Positions 26,941 to 38,814 of a DNA stretch of 44,075 nt are shown piece by piece (position 1 is the stretch's first letter; each line of letters opens with the position of its first letter). The position numbers and the translations under genes are program-made. This stretch comes from Octopus bimaculoides (Eukaryota), in assembly GCF_001194135.2 (NCBI RefSeq), contig NC_068988.1, positions 63,564,189 through 63,608,263 of the forward strand. The letters run 5' to 3'. Under the pieces are notes generated by a model that searched no databases, was not told the DNA's origin, and worked only from the letters and a program-made list of their open reading frames with translations.

Positions 26941-27376
26941 TATTCTTTTCTGCTCTAGGCACATGGCCCGAAAGTTTTGGGGGAGAGGGCCAGTCGATTA
27001 GATCGACTCCAGTGCGCAACTGGTATATAATTTATCAAACCCGAAAGGACGAAAGGCAAAGTCAACCACGGCAGAATTTGAATTCAGATCGTGAAGACAG
27101 ACGAAATATCGCTTACAATTTCGCCCGGCGTGCTAACGTTTCTTATTTCTTTACTGCACAGAAGGGGCTACACACAGAGGGGACAAACAAGGATATATAA
27201 AGGGATTAAGTCGATAATATCGACCCCAGTGCGTAACCGGTACTTAATTTGTCGACCTCGAAAGGATGAAAGGCAAAGTCGACCTCGGAGGAATTTGAAC
27301 TCAGAACGTAACGGCAGACAAAATACCGCTAAGTATTTCGCCCGGCGTATTAACGTTTCTGCCAGCTCGCCGCCAT
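26941..27376 (-). mobile_element. Dimeric SINE family A
   Basis: Two A monomers joined at GCTAACGTTTCT|TATTTCTT...GGGGCTA; the same junction occurs near 38405. Confidence 0.85.
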
Positions 27377-27594
27377 AACGGTGCACATTATTACGTATAA
27401 CAAGTAGCACTTTAAACCATTCAACAGCGGACTGCACTTAAAGACAGTAGCTTCCACATGGAAGTCAGTCACGGATCAGTAATACGGAAGTTGTGAGTTC
27501 GAATTCTTCCGGTACGCTGACCTTTAATCGTATATTTAATTGCACACATACATACATATATATACATGCATATATCTACATACATGTATATATA

Positions 27595-28863
27595 TTGGGT
27601 TATTCCATAAATACTGAAGTTTTTGTATAATTCATTTATTTTTTAAAATTAAGACAAAGTTGTTTTTTTTTAACTAAAATATCCCCCTCTTCATTTTCTA
27701 AATACTCTTCCATATATGTTAGACTTGCTAGTCCCCTCTTCCACAATTCACTTGTCCGTGACGAAAATTACTTCTCCAGTACTGTTCTGACCTCGTCTAC
27801 AGAATTCATATTTTTTCCGTTCAAATGATTTTGAAGACTGCGGAATAAATGATAATCAGATTTGGCAACGTCCGGTGAATATGGCGTCTGGGGCATCGTT
27901 CCCCATTCAAACTGCTCCAGCCTTTGGAATATCATCCTCGCTGTATGTGACCGAGCATTATACTGATGGAAAGCCACCATTCGTCTTCAAACTAATGATG
28001 GTCATTTTTATTCTAGCTCTGACTTAAGCCGCTCAAGTTGCTCGCAGTAGATGTCCTTTGTTACAGTTTCGTTTCGGCTTAAAAGTTCAAAATGGACTAA
28101 ACCTTTCATATCCCACCAAACAGATAACTTTTTTTACATGGGTGAAGACCTTCTTTAGCCTGGTGTGCCAGTGGTCCTCCTCTCTTTACCCACTGCCTTC
28201 GGCACTTGACATTTTCATGGCGAACCCATTTCTTGTCATGCGCCACTATTCGGTCTACAAAAAGTTCATTCGTGAGACATGACAGCAAAGAAGAGCACAC
28301 ATTCACTCACTGCACACGATTAGACTAGGAATGTTTGTGAGGAACCCATTGAACCAATTTGCTAGTTTTCCCGATGGCACGCAGTTGTCGACGAATGATT
28401 GAATGACTAAATCCAGACTACCCTGTAAGTTCCTCAACAGTTACGAAGGGATTTTGCTCCTCCAGGGTTTCCAGGATGTCCTCGTTGAGCTCTCCAGATC
28501 TTCCAGGATGAGTCTTGTCTTCTAGGTTGTAGATTCCTGCTCGGAATTTCTGGAACTACCGTTGACACTGCCTTATGCTTATTGTCCGACTCCCATATAC
28601 TGCATTAATATTCCTCGTAGTTGTATTGTTGCCTTTATAGAATTCATAAAGCAAAATATGCCGAATATACTCTTTTGTCACTTCTATTATCGCTTCGAAA
28701 AAATAAGTGTTAAACTCAAACTACACGAAGAATAAGGACAACGAAAAACTGCACTAAGAATAAGGTCAAGGTAAAATTAGTACCTGTTTTATAGCAAGCT
28801 CATACAAGTAGTTTATCCCGTCCCCTCCGACTTTTAGTTCATGCAACTGATAAAAAACGCAAT
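27595..28863 (-). mobile_element. Near full-length defective mariner transposon (~1.27 kb)
   Basis: TA-TTGGGTTATTCCATAAATA terminus at 27593; partial opposite TIR near 28852-28863; internal transposase pseudogene. Confidence 0.9.
27672..28687 (-). pseudogene. Mariner (DD34D) transposase pseudogene
   Basis: IRHILLYEF...QWVPHKH (WVPHEL-type), DRIVAHDKKWV, HQYNARSHTA, PYSPDVAKSDYHLFRSLQNHL; start codon mutated to ATA, several stops and frameshifts. Confidence 0.92.
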
Positions 28864-28879
28864 ATATATATATTTATGT

Positions 28880-28913
<34 letters not shown>

Positions 28914-28982
28914 TAGAGTGTGTGTGTGCGTGTGTGAGCTTGTGTGTGCGTATGTGTCTGNNNNNNNNNNNNNNNNNNNNNN

Positions 28983-29036
<54 letters not shown>

Positions 29037-29927
29037 TATGTATAGCTTACAGCTGTTTCCGCTATAAGATTCAAGTAACTCGTAGTTGAGTGTCTGAATA
29101 ATATTTTATAACGTCATCGGAGCCTCGATTATGAAATGCAATTAATTTGAGAAAGAAGTTACATTAATAGACAGACAGACGAACAGACGGACATAAGAAC
29201 AGACAGATAGAGAGATATATACATAATTTTAACTATGTATGTATATATGTATGTATGTGTTCCTGCGCACGCCGCGTAGTTTATTTGATTTCATATAATA
29301 TGCATGGACATACAAAATCCACTCCCATTTCAGGGAGGATTATTCAGGAAAAAAATAAACTCTAGTTTATTAAACCATTTAATGTTTATTGAACACTTTA
29401 TAGCTGAAAACAGAAACATATTTACAAAACATCCAAATACGACAGCGGAAAAAACAAGTTTAATAACATTACTGTAACTTAAAAAAGAAAAGTGGAGTTT
29501 AAATACAGGAAAAAATATTAACGAACATAAAAATCGAGCAAGCAGCACAACTAAGCATTAAAGCAAGATATCACATCAGTTAAAATATCCTACATGAATA
29601 GTCTGCAGTAATATAACGTTTCAAGGAAGACACAAGCATCTTCATTGTATGTCAAAAAACATTAGGTTATATAAAAAGCAAGCTACCAGGAGAGTTCAGT
29701 ATAGGAAAGGAATCACAGTAGTTGAACAGATAATTTACAATTAGAATATCCTAGATGAAGATCTTAAAGTAATATGAATTTGCAAGGAAAAATAAAAAGC
29801 AGAAAACATTTTATAAAAAGCAAGGTTCCAGTATTTTTCTGAATCTTGGGAGGGTCATAATGACAAGAACAAAAGCATGAAATATTTCTGATTCATGTCT
29901 TTTGTTATTATTAATCAGCTAGTATAA

Positions 29928-30100
29928 GGCGGCGAGTTGGCAGAATCGTTAGCGCACCGAGCAAAAGGCTTAGCGGTATCTCATCCGTCTTTACATTCTG
30001 AGTTCGCATTCCGCCAAGGTCGACTTTGCTTTTATAGCCTGATTGATTATTCGCCTCCCTACAAATTCCAGGCCTTGTGCCTATAGTAGAAAGGATTATT
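29928..30100 (+). mobile_element. SINE family A with central deletion
   Basis: GGCGGCGAGTTGGCAGAATCGTTAGC...GAGTTCGCATTCC...CTTGTGCCTATAGTAGAAAGGATT. Confidence 0.8.
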
Positions 30101-30369
30101 AATCAGATAGGTAACCATTTAACCAATTAAATAATCCACTGTTTGGTTACTCAATCGGTCAATCAAATAACAATTAACAACATCCGTGACCTCACTAGAG
30201 ACATGTCTTCCCTACTGTGTAGGTGTTTATTATTGATACAACAAAATTTGTTTCAACAAGCCGGTTCACATCAAGAATTAAGCAAACCAAATACAAAATC
30301 AAAACTACGAGTAGATTTGAACATAAAAGCACAATCAGAATACGGAGGAAAATTTTAGAGTACTTTAAC

Positions 30370-31005
30370 GAAGTTAGAGAATTCTTCATCACGAAAGCCT
30401 AAAAGCTCACCATCACCACTGTTGATATCACTGTCTTCAAACAAGGCATCGTCTTCAGTACCGTTAGTGGCATTGCCGATTCCACACTTCTTAAAAGATT
30501 TGGCAATTATTTCACTTCTTGCTCACATTTTGCCAAATTCCTTCACCTACTCTCACACTTGTGCAATGGTGGCCTGCTTCATTCTTCATGTTCCTTGAAT
30601 TTCATGATCAACATTTTCCTTCCTCCTCTCCGATGTTCGCGTATATTTTATTTAAAAGGCTTAATGACATATATACACAGTTAAATACAGCAATTTACTC
30701 AGCTGTCCACCAGAAATGACAACCAATTGAGTTTTTAATTCTTCCAACTTAATTTTCATTGCTTCAGTTCTACTTATTCTGTAAACTTTTCCGATACCGG
30801 AAGAAGATTTTGATGTTTGAGTATATATTTCGTAGTCACAATTTTATTCCGGCTTCATGATTCCAGCGTTTTGGATGAATATTAACAATTACATTGCATT
30901 GAACTTTTCCCTCGGGTTTACTTTTCTTTTAAATATCAACAATTGTGGCAGTTTTTCGAAGCAGCACAGCAGGTCAGAACTATTTTATAGCATGTCTTTT
31001 CATGG
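30370..31005 (-). pseudogene. pogo-family (DDE_1, POGK-like) transposase remnant
   Basis: VLTCCA..KLPQLLIFKKK, LVVISGGQLSKL, IIAKSFKKCGIGNATNGTEDDALF, in correct order with frameshifts. Confidence 0.8.
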
Positions 31006-31109
31006 CTAAATCTACTTAAGAAAACTGTGGTGATCCATTTCACTCCAACACACTTTGTAGATGATACATCAAAACTTCACAGGAATAATGTTTGCCTCTC
31101 AAACCCTCT

Positions 31110-31402
31110 TTCATGGGGCCGAAGAGATAATAGTCTGAAGGCGCTAAATTAATCTAGTGATGAGTAAGTGAAAATTGTAGTGAAGAAGTGGCTCAAAGAA
31201 AAGTCAGCAGAATTTTTCGGGGCAGGGATACATGCTCTCATTCGAAGGTGGAACATTGCTATTGAGGGAAACGGTGACTATGTTGAGAAATAGGGATGTG
31301 ATCCACAGAGGACCAGCTTCATTTTGATGTATGATACATGATCCTGTGCTGGTAATTATACCTGTCCTAAACAAAATAGCATTACTTTTTGACTCACCCT
31401 CG
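31110..31402 (+). mobile_element. Mariner 3' end (irritans-like TIR)
   Basis: VVKKWLKEKSAEFFGAGIHALIRRWNIAIEGNGDYVEK*, then TTACTTTTTGACTCACCCTCG-TA. Confidence 0.85.
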
Positions 31403-31496
31403 TATATCACTTTTAGTTTGAAGCTAATAGTTCAGTTTAATCTTTTACTACCTACAGATATATTGCTGAACTAACGTAGCTAGAGCTATTGGCTAG

Positions 31497-31618
31497 AGCG
31501 CGTGTGTGGAGGGTGTGATGAGAAATTTGCTTCCGGGTTCATTCCCACGGCGTGGCACCTTGGGCAAGTGTCTTCTACTATAATCACGGGCCGAACAAAA
31601 CCTTGTGAGTGGATTTAA
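31497..31618 (+). mobile_element. SINE family B head and core fragment
   Basis: GGGTTCATTCCCACGGCGTGGCACCTTGGGCAAGTGTCTTCTACTATA. Confidence 0.8.
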
Positions 31619-31654
31619 TAAAAGAGGATCAGATAAAATGCTTGAATAATCTTC

Positions 31655-32100
31655 ACTATTTATTCTGCCATGAAGGGAAGCCATTGGGCTGGCAGATGTC
31701 CAAGATTTAGCCCAACCCATTCCAGATTATCACGGATCCTCCTCCATGTTTAACAGTTGGAAGAAGGCAGTCTGGGTCAAATGCTTGTTTTGGCTGTCTC
31801 CACATATATATTCGGCCGGTGGTCGGATATAAGGTAAACGATGATTGTCCGAGAAAATAACATACTTCCACTGCTTTAGAGACCAATTCTGTAGGTTTTG
31901 ACTCCACGCTAAACGCTTTGCAACGTTTGTTCTTGAAAGTAGTGATTTTCTGATTGCAGCCTTCCCGTAAAATCCGGCTTTGTGCAGCTCCCGGCAAACA
32001 GTTTTTGTGGCAACCGGGTTCTCAAGGTAGTCATTAAGCTCTAAAGTAATTTTCGGAACTGTACATTTGTGACCCTTTCTAACAATTCGCGTAAGAGTAC
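31655..32100 (-). pseudogene. Tc1-like (DD34E) transposase remnant
   Basis: KTVCRELHKAGFYGKAAIRK, WKYVIFSD, MWRQPKQAFDPDCLLPTVKHGGGSVIIW. Confidence 0.88.
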
Positions 32101-32730
32101 CTTTTTCACATGATATCTGAAAAGAAACAGCAATTTTAGCAAAACATATTAAGCAACACTAATACTAGATAAAAAAAAACGTAACACTAAACAGGCTTTT
32201 GACGAGTTTATAGATATCGCTTTGACTTATTTAGAGAGGGAGGAGAAAGAGAAAAGAGGAAGGAAGGGAGGAGAAGGGAGTGAGAAGAAGAGAGTGAGAT
32301 TAGAAAAAATCTTAGACAAACGCGTGGGTGAGGCTAAATAACATCAAGATGTGAATTTGCTGTTTTGGAGAAAGGGAGAGAGGGAAAAAGGGAGAAAGAC
32401 GGGAAGAAGAACAAGAAAAAAGAGGACAAGCAGGAAAGAGGCTTCTTTTCAATTATATTGTATCGATGTGGCTGACCCATTGAAATTCAATGACAATTCA
32501 AGATGTCATTCTTGATTCAGTCATTGTCTTCGAAAGCATCACTTACTCTCTGCCTCCTCTTCTCTCACTATATACATATTAACATGTTTGTAAATATACA
32601 TATTAGGATTGAAAAACTGATATATATATATATAAGTGTGTGTGTGTGTGTTGTTTTGTTTAGAAGAGGAGAAAGAGAAAAGAGGAGGGAAAGGAGAAGA
32701 AGAGTAGAGAGTAGAAGAAAGTATACATAT

Positions 32731-32890
32731 ATTGTGTCAAAAAGGAATCGAACAGATTCAATAGAGCATGGAAATATCATGGACAGCTCTACATTATACA
32801 ACGCAAAGTTTATAAAAGGAAATCAACAAACGGACATACCGAGGGATATCAAGTTAAGACGTTCTATAGTAGGTTTGTAATTGCAAGAAA
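32731..32890 (+). pseudogene. Copia-type RT fragment, inverted relative to 33075-35345
   Basis: About 55 bp shared in inverted orientation with 33648-33702; continues with degenerate MD.S / EI / EGYQVK / VC..KK-like motifs. Confidence 0.4.
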
Positions 32891-33074
32891 GACAGACCAA
32901 CAGACAGAGACACAGAGGAGGAATAGTGAGAGAGAGATGCACAAATACCCCCCAGATACCCTAGTGGAAGGCTGTGCTACTAATTTTTTGATCGACGGAG
33001 GCATCAGAACATACACATGTCCATCTACTAAAGACAGTGCTGAACCAATGCAGGAATACGAACCATGGACATAT

Positions 33075-35345
33075 GGCATCGTAATCTGATTGATTCTCAG
33101 TCGATGCTGTTCATTTCAATACTTCCATATAGTCTTCTTTTGTTATTCTGTTTAAAGGGAGGAATAAAGTTGTTGCAACGTTCCACCTAAATTCGATGTG
33201 TAGAAATATGTGCGCTAGTAATAGACATTTCGCTTCACTTGAGCTGTTTATGCCCTGGAGAAATATAAAAATGTTACACAATCTCGTTTTACTCCCTTAT
33301 AAATTTCTGGCTTTACTGCGTCAGTGACATAACAATGTTTTGAAATATGCAAATACATTCAGTGTCCATGTATTTCGAGCCAGCTAACAAATTGTCTAGT
33401 AAATTTATATACTTCCAATTCATATAAAAGACATGAAGTATTTATGGCGAGTTTCATAAACCCATAAACCATTGTATATTTAGGGAACGAGTAGTAACTT
33501 GGATTTCATGTTCATTCTGCTTGTCTGCATGTCTTCAGTTTTACTCTGTTATTTCTTCGAAATAGAATAATTCTCAGAATAAATTAGATTTGGAAATTGG
33601 AAGTTTCAATCATCCAGTTTGCCAAGTGTCCCCTCTGTAAACCTGACAGTGATATTTCCTTGCTCTATTGAATCTGTTCGATTCCTGTTTGACACAATCC
33701 TTTCATTCGTACAAGTCATTTTATCGTTTTTTTGTTCATGTTTTCAAATAATTTTTTTTATGGTACATAATTTCTTGGTATTGGCAATGGTGTTTCCTGG
33801 GGCATTTCAGCTGCTAATTAATCTAGGAGATTATATATATTTATCACTTAAAATACCTGCCTACGACAAGAGGTGTTATAGAATTCTATAGTAAGATACA
33901 AAGATCTCTGACACGAACGCCAAACCATAATTGATTCACTTGTCTAAAATTGTAACAGGTTTTAATATGATTGCCTGATATTGACTAGCTTGTACAATCA
34001 TCTACTGTATTACGAGAATTCGAACTTGAAAACCAGCTTGTGAGAAACGCAGTGATAAATAACGGAATGTTTTCTTAGCAGGGAGTTTGCACCAAATACT
34101 GCAGTACGCAAAAATCCTATCGATTACTTTGTAAAGTTTTATTGTATTACACAGAAGCATATCTCCTACGATCTCCAAGTTTATAACTTTCAGAGATGCA
34201 AATCTGAGAGCATAAATTTAACCTGAACTGGACTTTCCAGGTTGCAAAATGTTTTAGGATGCATTGTCGGCCTATAGCTTTAACATGGAGTTTTCTGTTT
34301 CCCTACATACGTAACTGGTCTAAGTATGCTTCGGCTTCGATAAATATAAATGCATTACTTACATATCTGGTCACTTGGCATAAATTCAAATGTAAAGAGA
34401 CTCTGCTGTCAGTGTCCCTTTGCTTCAGAGTCTAATCGTAGACAATGATTCTTGTCCATGCTATCGGATGTTTGTTACAACACAAGTTCACTACATCTAT
34501 CATCTAGTTGATCTCGTTATCAAAGCAAATCACTCTACACAACAATTATGTAGAAATACAAATATACAAAAACTCCAAAGTATTTGCTACTCATACACGA
34601 TGGCCCAATATATTACTTAAAGAAAGCCATATCCAAAAAATACGTTTTCTTTTTGTTTTGTATTCTCCAGAACCAGAATATTGTTTAAGGAGTAATGACT
34701 TGAAAAATCTATACCGAAAACATTCTCCGGACCTTACTTTTGGATAGGAATTATCCATGATCATGTGCATTCACAAGGAGTCCGGAATGTGAGAATAATT
34801 ATATAAATGTTCTGTAGTAAAACGATAGAATAGGTACATCACCAGTGGGTTGTGAATTGCCTGTTCTCTTCTTCTGTTCTCCTTTAAGCGTTCCATACTG
34901 CAACAGAAATATACCAAGCCAAGCTAAATATAAATTGCCTCTAACTTAATATCATTGAGCATTTCCGAGAGCACTGTATGTCTTTCTCGGTATAGACAAC
35001 ATAAAAATACTTATAGTTGATATCCTAACTGTTATCGGTTGCTGTTATCGTTGTGATATACTTGTTTTTGTTGCTCTCTAGTTGTTGTTTCTTGTCTATT
35101 TGTTATCTCCGGGGACGTCTTTACAGAGCCGGTCTTATCGAGCTGAAATGTATCCAAGCTTCGAAAACCTCATCTTTTCGTACGTTGTGGTGTTCACTGG
35201 TCATTGTGATAGACGTCACATCGACCATAAATACATAATGGTCATCTCCATGTTTATGACTGCATTCTTCTTCTGTAATGGACTTTGCTCTGATACGTGT
35301 TATTCGACAACACTTTATAACACGATTTTTGTCCTTGAGTAGCAA
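33075..35345 (-). pseudogene. Heavily decayed Ty1/copia pol remnant (integrase-RT-RNase H order)
   Basis: Ordered degenerate motifs: YVFMVD..RKDEVFEAW (~35154-35240), YLFYRF, TPCE...VFG....H........LE.......VFFGY (34629-34781), ATWKV, VKQES.R, Y.F....VSW (33380), TDAVK, HIEFR, STENQSD (33084). Confidence 0.55.
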
Positions 35346-35404
35346 CTGTTTTTTCTTGTTTGCGTACCCCTAGAAAGTATTAAAAATACCTAATATTTCC
35401 CTCA

Positions 35405-35590
35405 AATTTTGCTTTTGCTACATTTATTCAAATCCCAAGAACCCTTCTCCACACATGGCTATGATGCTCCCCCACTACTCCTGCTCATGATCAGAGACGC
35501 ACATATTGTCAGCCACTAACAGATAAGTTCACCTGTTTAAGCCAAGCAGCTGACAAGTAAATCTGTGCAGAATTTTTGCTATAACAATAT
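35405..35590 (-). mobile_element. Family D internal fragment
   Basis: CACATGGCTATGATGCTCCCCCACTACTCCTGCTCATGATCAGAGACGCACATATTGTCAGCCACTAA matches 42230-42300 and 42725-42800. Confidence 0.75.
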
Positions 35591-35720
35591 TTCTGCTTCA
35601 GCAATACAGTGATCAATCTGTCTAACATGTAATGGAAAAATAGGTCAGTTTCAAAACATTGATGTCCAGGTCACAAAAGCAAAGTTTAAAGAGAATAGTA
35701 GTCATTTCCTTTGAATTCTA

Positions 35721-35847
35721 CAGGGTGTCCACAAAGTCTGGGTACACGGGGATTAACACATACTTTAAGAAATTATTATTTCTTATATTTAATTGTTTAT
35801 GTCATGATTTTATTTACTCCGTGTACCCAGACTTTGTGGACATCCTG
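35721..35847. mobile_element. 127-bp Tc1/mariner-type MITE
   Basis: 29-bp TIRs CAGG(G/A)TGTCCACAAAGTCTGGGTACACGG with one mismatch; TA at 35719-35720 and 35848-35849. Confidence 0.93.
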
Positions 35848-36759
35848 TAGATAGAAGCAAATAGGAAATAACATTTACTGGCGTAACAGAAAAAAAAATG
35901 GATAAAAATTTTGTGTCATAGTGTAATCAGTTATGTTTAGTGTTAATCTATACGACATCCAACAAATTTTATTACCGGTTTAGTAGATTCTATAATCATA
36001 TGAACTCGACTCAATTGAATTATCTGGAAGTAACTGAAATCATCAAATCATTATTTCAGATTCACTGTAATGTTTCGGTTGGTTCTACTAATTCATATTT
36101 TAGAGGATGTCTCAAAAATTAAATCCATCTCAGTCAATTGCTATTCGATAATATTTTATATAAAAGCAGTTTTGGGGAAATATACCACAAAATATAAAAT
36201 TAAAACTATAATAGTTTAAACAAAAAGGAAAAGGGAACGAAGTACCAAGTGGAAATTCGGTTAAAATAGTGTTCTTTCGTTTTTGTTTTTCACTAGTTTC
36301 AGATTTTTGGATGTGTTTCATGCCGGGAAAACCATCATCAATGGTTTTAGTCGATTGTATCGATTTTAGTACTTAGTCTGGAACTTATTTTATTCGATTT
36401 ACATTTATTGATTGACTAAGTTAGGTTTTGGTGTAAATGGACGAAACTTAAACTTATATCCGTATGTAAAAACATCTAAATTCCCTTTCAACACACAGAA
36501 TTATGTAACAAGCACGGAGATTGCTTGCCTTGATATTGGATGTTTTATTTCATAGATAATCTTATTGTACGCAAAAAAAATCAACTACAAAGACAAGCAA
36601 GGGAGCAACAAACAAGACCTATAAATATGACGCTCAGGAAAATTGAAAACGTCTTTTATGATTCGGGCCTACGCTCTTCTATGTATATATGTATGTATGT
36701 ATGTACGTATGTATGTATGTATATCTACTACGGCCTTATTCGCAGTGGAACATAATACG

Positions 36760-37358
36760 ATAACACTGGACAACAAAGATTTTGCTACTGGGATAAAATC
36801 ATATGTTTTAGACTAGATCGAGGATGCTGATTCAGAATCCGCACTCCACCCCTTCACATCAAACTCGGCCTCATGAAAAACTTTGTAAAAGCAATGACAC
36901 ACGATGGCTGTGGCTTCCAGTACCTAAAAGTCAAATTTGGTGCAGAGAAAAGTGGCGCAAAACTGAAAGCAGGCATTTTCATTGGACCGGAGATCAGAGA
37001 ATTGATATCTGATAGCAAGTTCAGAGGTAAACTGAATCCAGTTAAGCTGACGGCATGGGATTCATTCGTGTTAGTTGTAAAGAACTTTCTTGAAAACCAT
37101 ACAGCTGTAAACATGCTAACAGCGTATAAAAGAATGGGATGCCGAATGTCCCTTAAAATGCATTCCTTGCATTTTCATCTCGAATGTTGGTGCCCTTAGT
37201 GATGAGCATCGTGAGAGGTTCCACCACGACATATCTGAGATAGAAACGTGCTATCAAGGCCGGTTCAATCCACACATGATAGGTGATTACTGCTCGTTCC
37301 TACAACAGGAGACCAACACGCCGCATAAGCGCAAGAGCAAGTGCCTCAAAATTTTCTG
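36760..37358 (+). pseudogene. Chapaev-like (CMC group) transposase C-terminal remnant
   Basis: PPLHIKLGLMKNFVKAM...GIFIGPEIR...MGCRMSLKMH, then frameshifted GALSDEHRERFHHDISEIETCYQG...DYC. The transposase call is firm; the Chapaev3 assignment is from memory of these motifs. Confidence 0.75.
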
Positions 37359-37374
37359 AGTTGAGTTTATGAGA

Positions 37375-37407
37375 ATAACGTTTCGAGCATGTCTCTTCAT
37401 CAGAAGG
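37375..37407 (-). ncRNA. Hammerhead ribozyme core motif (minimal type I, Penelope/retrozyme-like)
   Basis: Minus strand CCTT-CTGATGA-A-GAG(ACATG)CTC-GAAAC-GTT; core intact, stem I only 1 bp. Confidence 0.55.
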
Positions 37408-37954
37408 AGAAGAAAGGAAAGGTCCAGTGAGCGCAATTGGTGCACGAAAATTTCAGCACCAAATAAGAAGTGTTTAAATGGAGATAACAAATTTTACTTG
37501 TTTTTGAACGGTTAATATATGTTTTCTAAGCTCTAATTGTTTTACTTTCAATGGAGTCTGAGATCAAATCGCTTGCCAGGCACGTATATCTCCGATATTA
37601 AAACCTTATCTTAACAACAATGATACACGTGTTCATCAATTGTTGGAAATTTAATATTATCATATATATTACTGTTAATAAATCGTAAAACCTCTAACTA
37701 CAACGTTGTGGGCTGAAGAAGCCATTGTAATTTTACAAGATGTAGATTTAACAGGAAATTTCATATTAATGGTAAAAGAGGTGAGAATAATAACTTTTCT
37801 GTACTTCCTGGAGTAATGAAAGTGTCAACCACTTCGTTATTTATGATAGTTACAAATAATTGTCTTTCGAGTAGAATCTGAAACAGCTGCAAATGATGGT
37901 TATGTATTATTATTGAGATGACGATTCTAAGATGGCGAACTGGTATAATTATTA

Positions 37955-38195
37955 ACACGCTGGGTAAAAATACTTAGCAGTATTTCTTCGCTATTTACAT
38001 TAAGTTCCAATTCAGCTGGGGTCGAATTTGCCTTTCATCCTGTCGGGTTCGGGAAGTGCCAGTGAAACATTATGGTCGATATAATCGATTAGTCTCTACC
38101 GCCAAAATTTCAGACTTTCAAATTTGAACTCAGAACGAAATGTCGCTAAGCGTTTTGCCCGGCGTGCTAACGATTTTGCCAGCTCACCGCCTGCA
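37955..38195. mobile_element. Two opposed SINE family A fragments
   Basis: Plus copy 37955-38120 joined to a minus head fragment 38120-38195. Confidence 0.7.
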
Positions 38196-38209
38196 GGACG
38201 ATAAAAAGG

Positions 38210-38668
38210 ATCCTTTCTACTAGAGGCACAAGACCTCAAATTTGTAGAGAGAGAAATAGTCGATTACATCGACCTCAGTGTTTTCACCGGTACTTAATTT
38301 ATCGACCCCGAAAGAATTAAATGCAAAAGTGACCTCGGCAGAATCTGAAGTCCGAACGTAGCGACGGGCGAAATACCGCTAAGAATTTCATCCTGCATGC
38401 TAACGTTTCTTATTTCCTTATTGCCCACAAGGGGCTAAACATAGAGGGGACAAACAAGGACAGACAAACGGATTAAGTCGATTACATTGACCCCAGTTCG
38501 TAACCGGTACTTATTTAATCGACCCAGAAAGGATGAAAGGCTAAGTCGACCTCATCGGAATTTGAACTCAGAATGTAGCGGCAGACGAAATACAACTAAG
38601 CATTTTGCCCGGCGAGCTACCGATTCTGCCAGCTCGCCGTTTGCTAACGACTCTGCCAGTTCACCGCC
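38210..38668 (-). mobile_element. Dimeric SINE family A with duplicated head end
   Basis: Same monomer junction as at ~27139; the terminus GCTA.CGA.TCTGCCAG.TC.CCG occurs twice (38615-38668). Confidence 0.85.
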
Positions 38669-38814
38669 TTCACGACGATAAAAACAATAACAACCCTTGA
38701 ATCCAATGCCCCATATCATGAGTATACGTAAAAGATACTGAGGCTTGTTGCTTATTAACTAGAAATAAGTCTGGAACAAAACTACGTATTTCCAATTTCT
38801 AAAGATGGCTTGAA

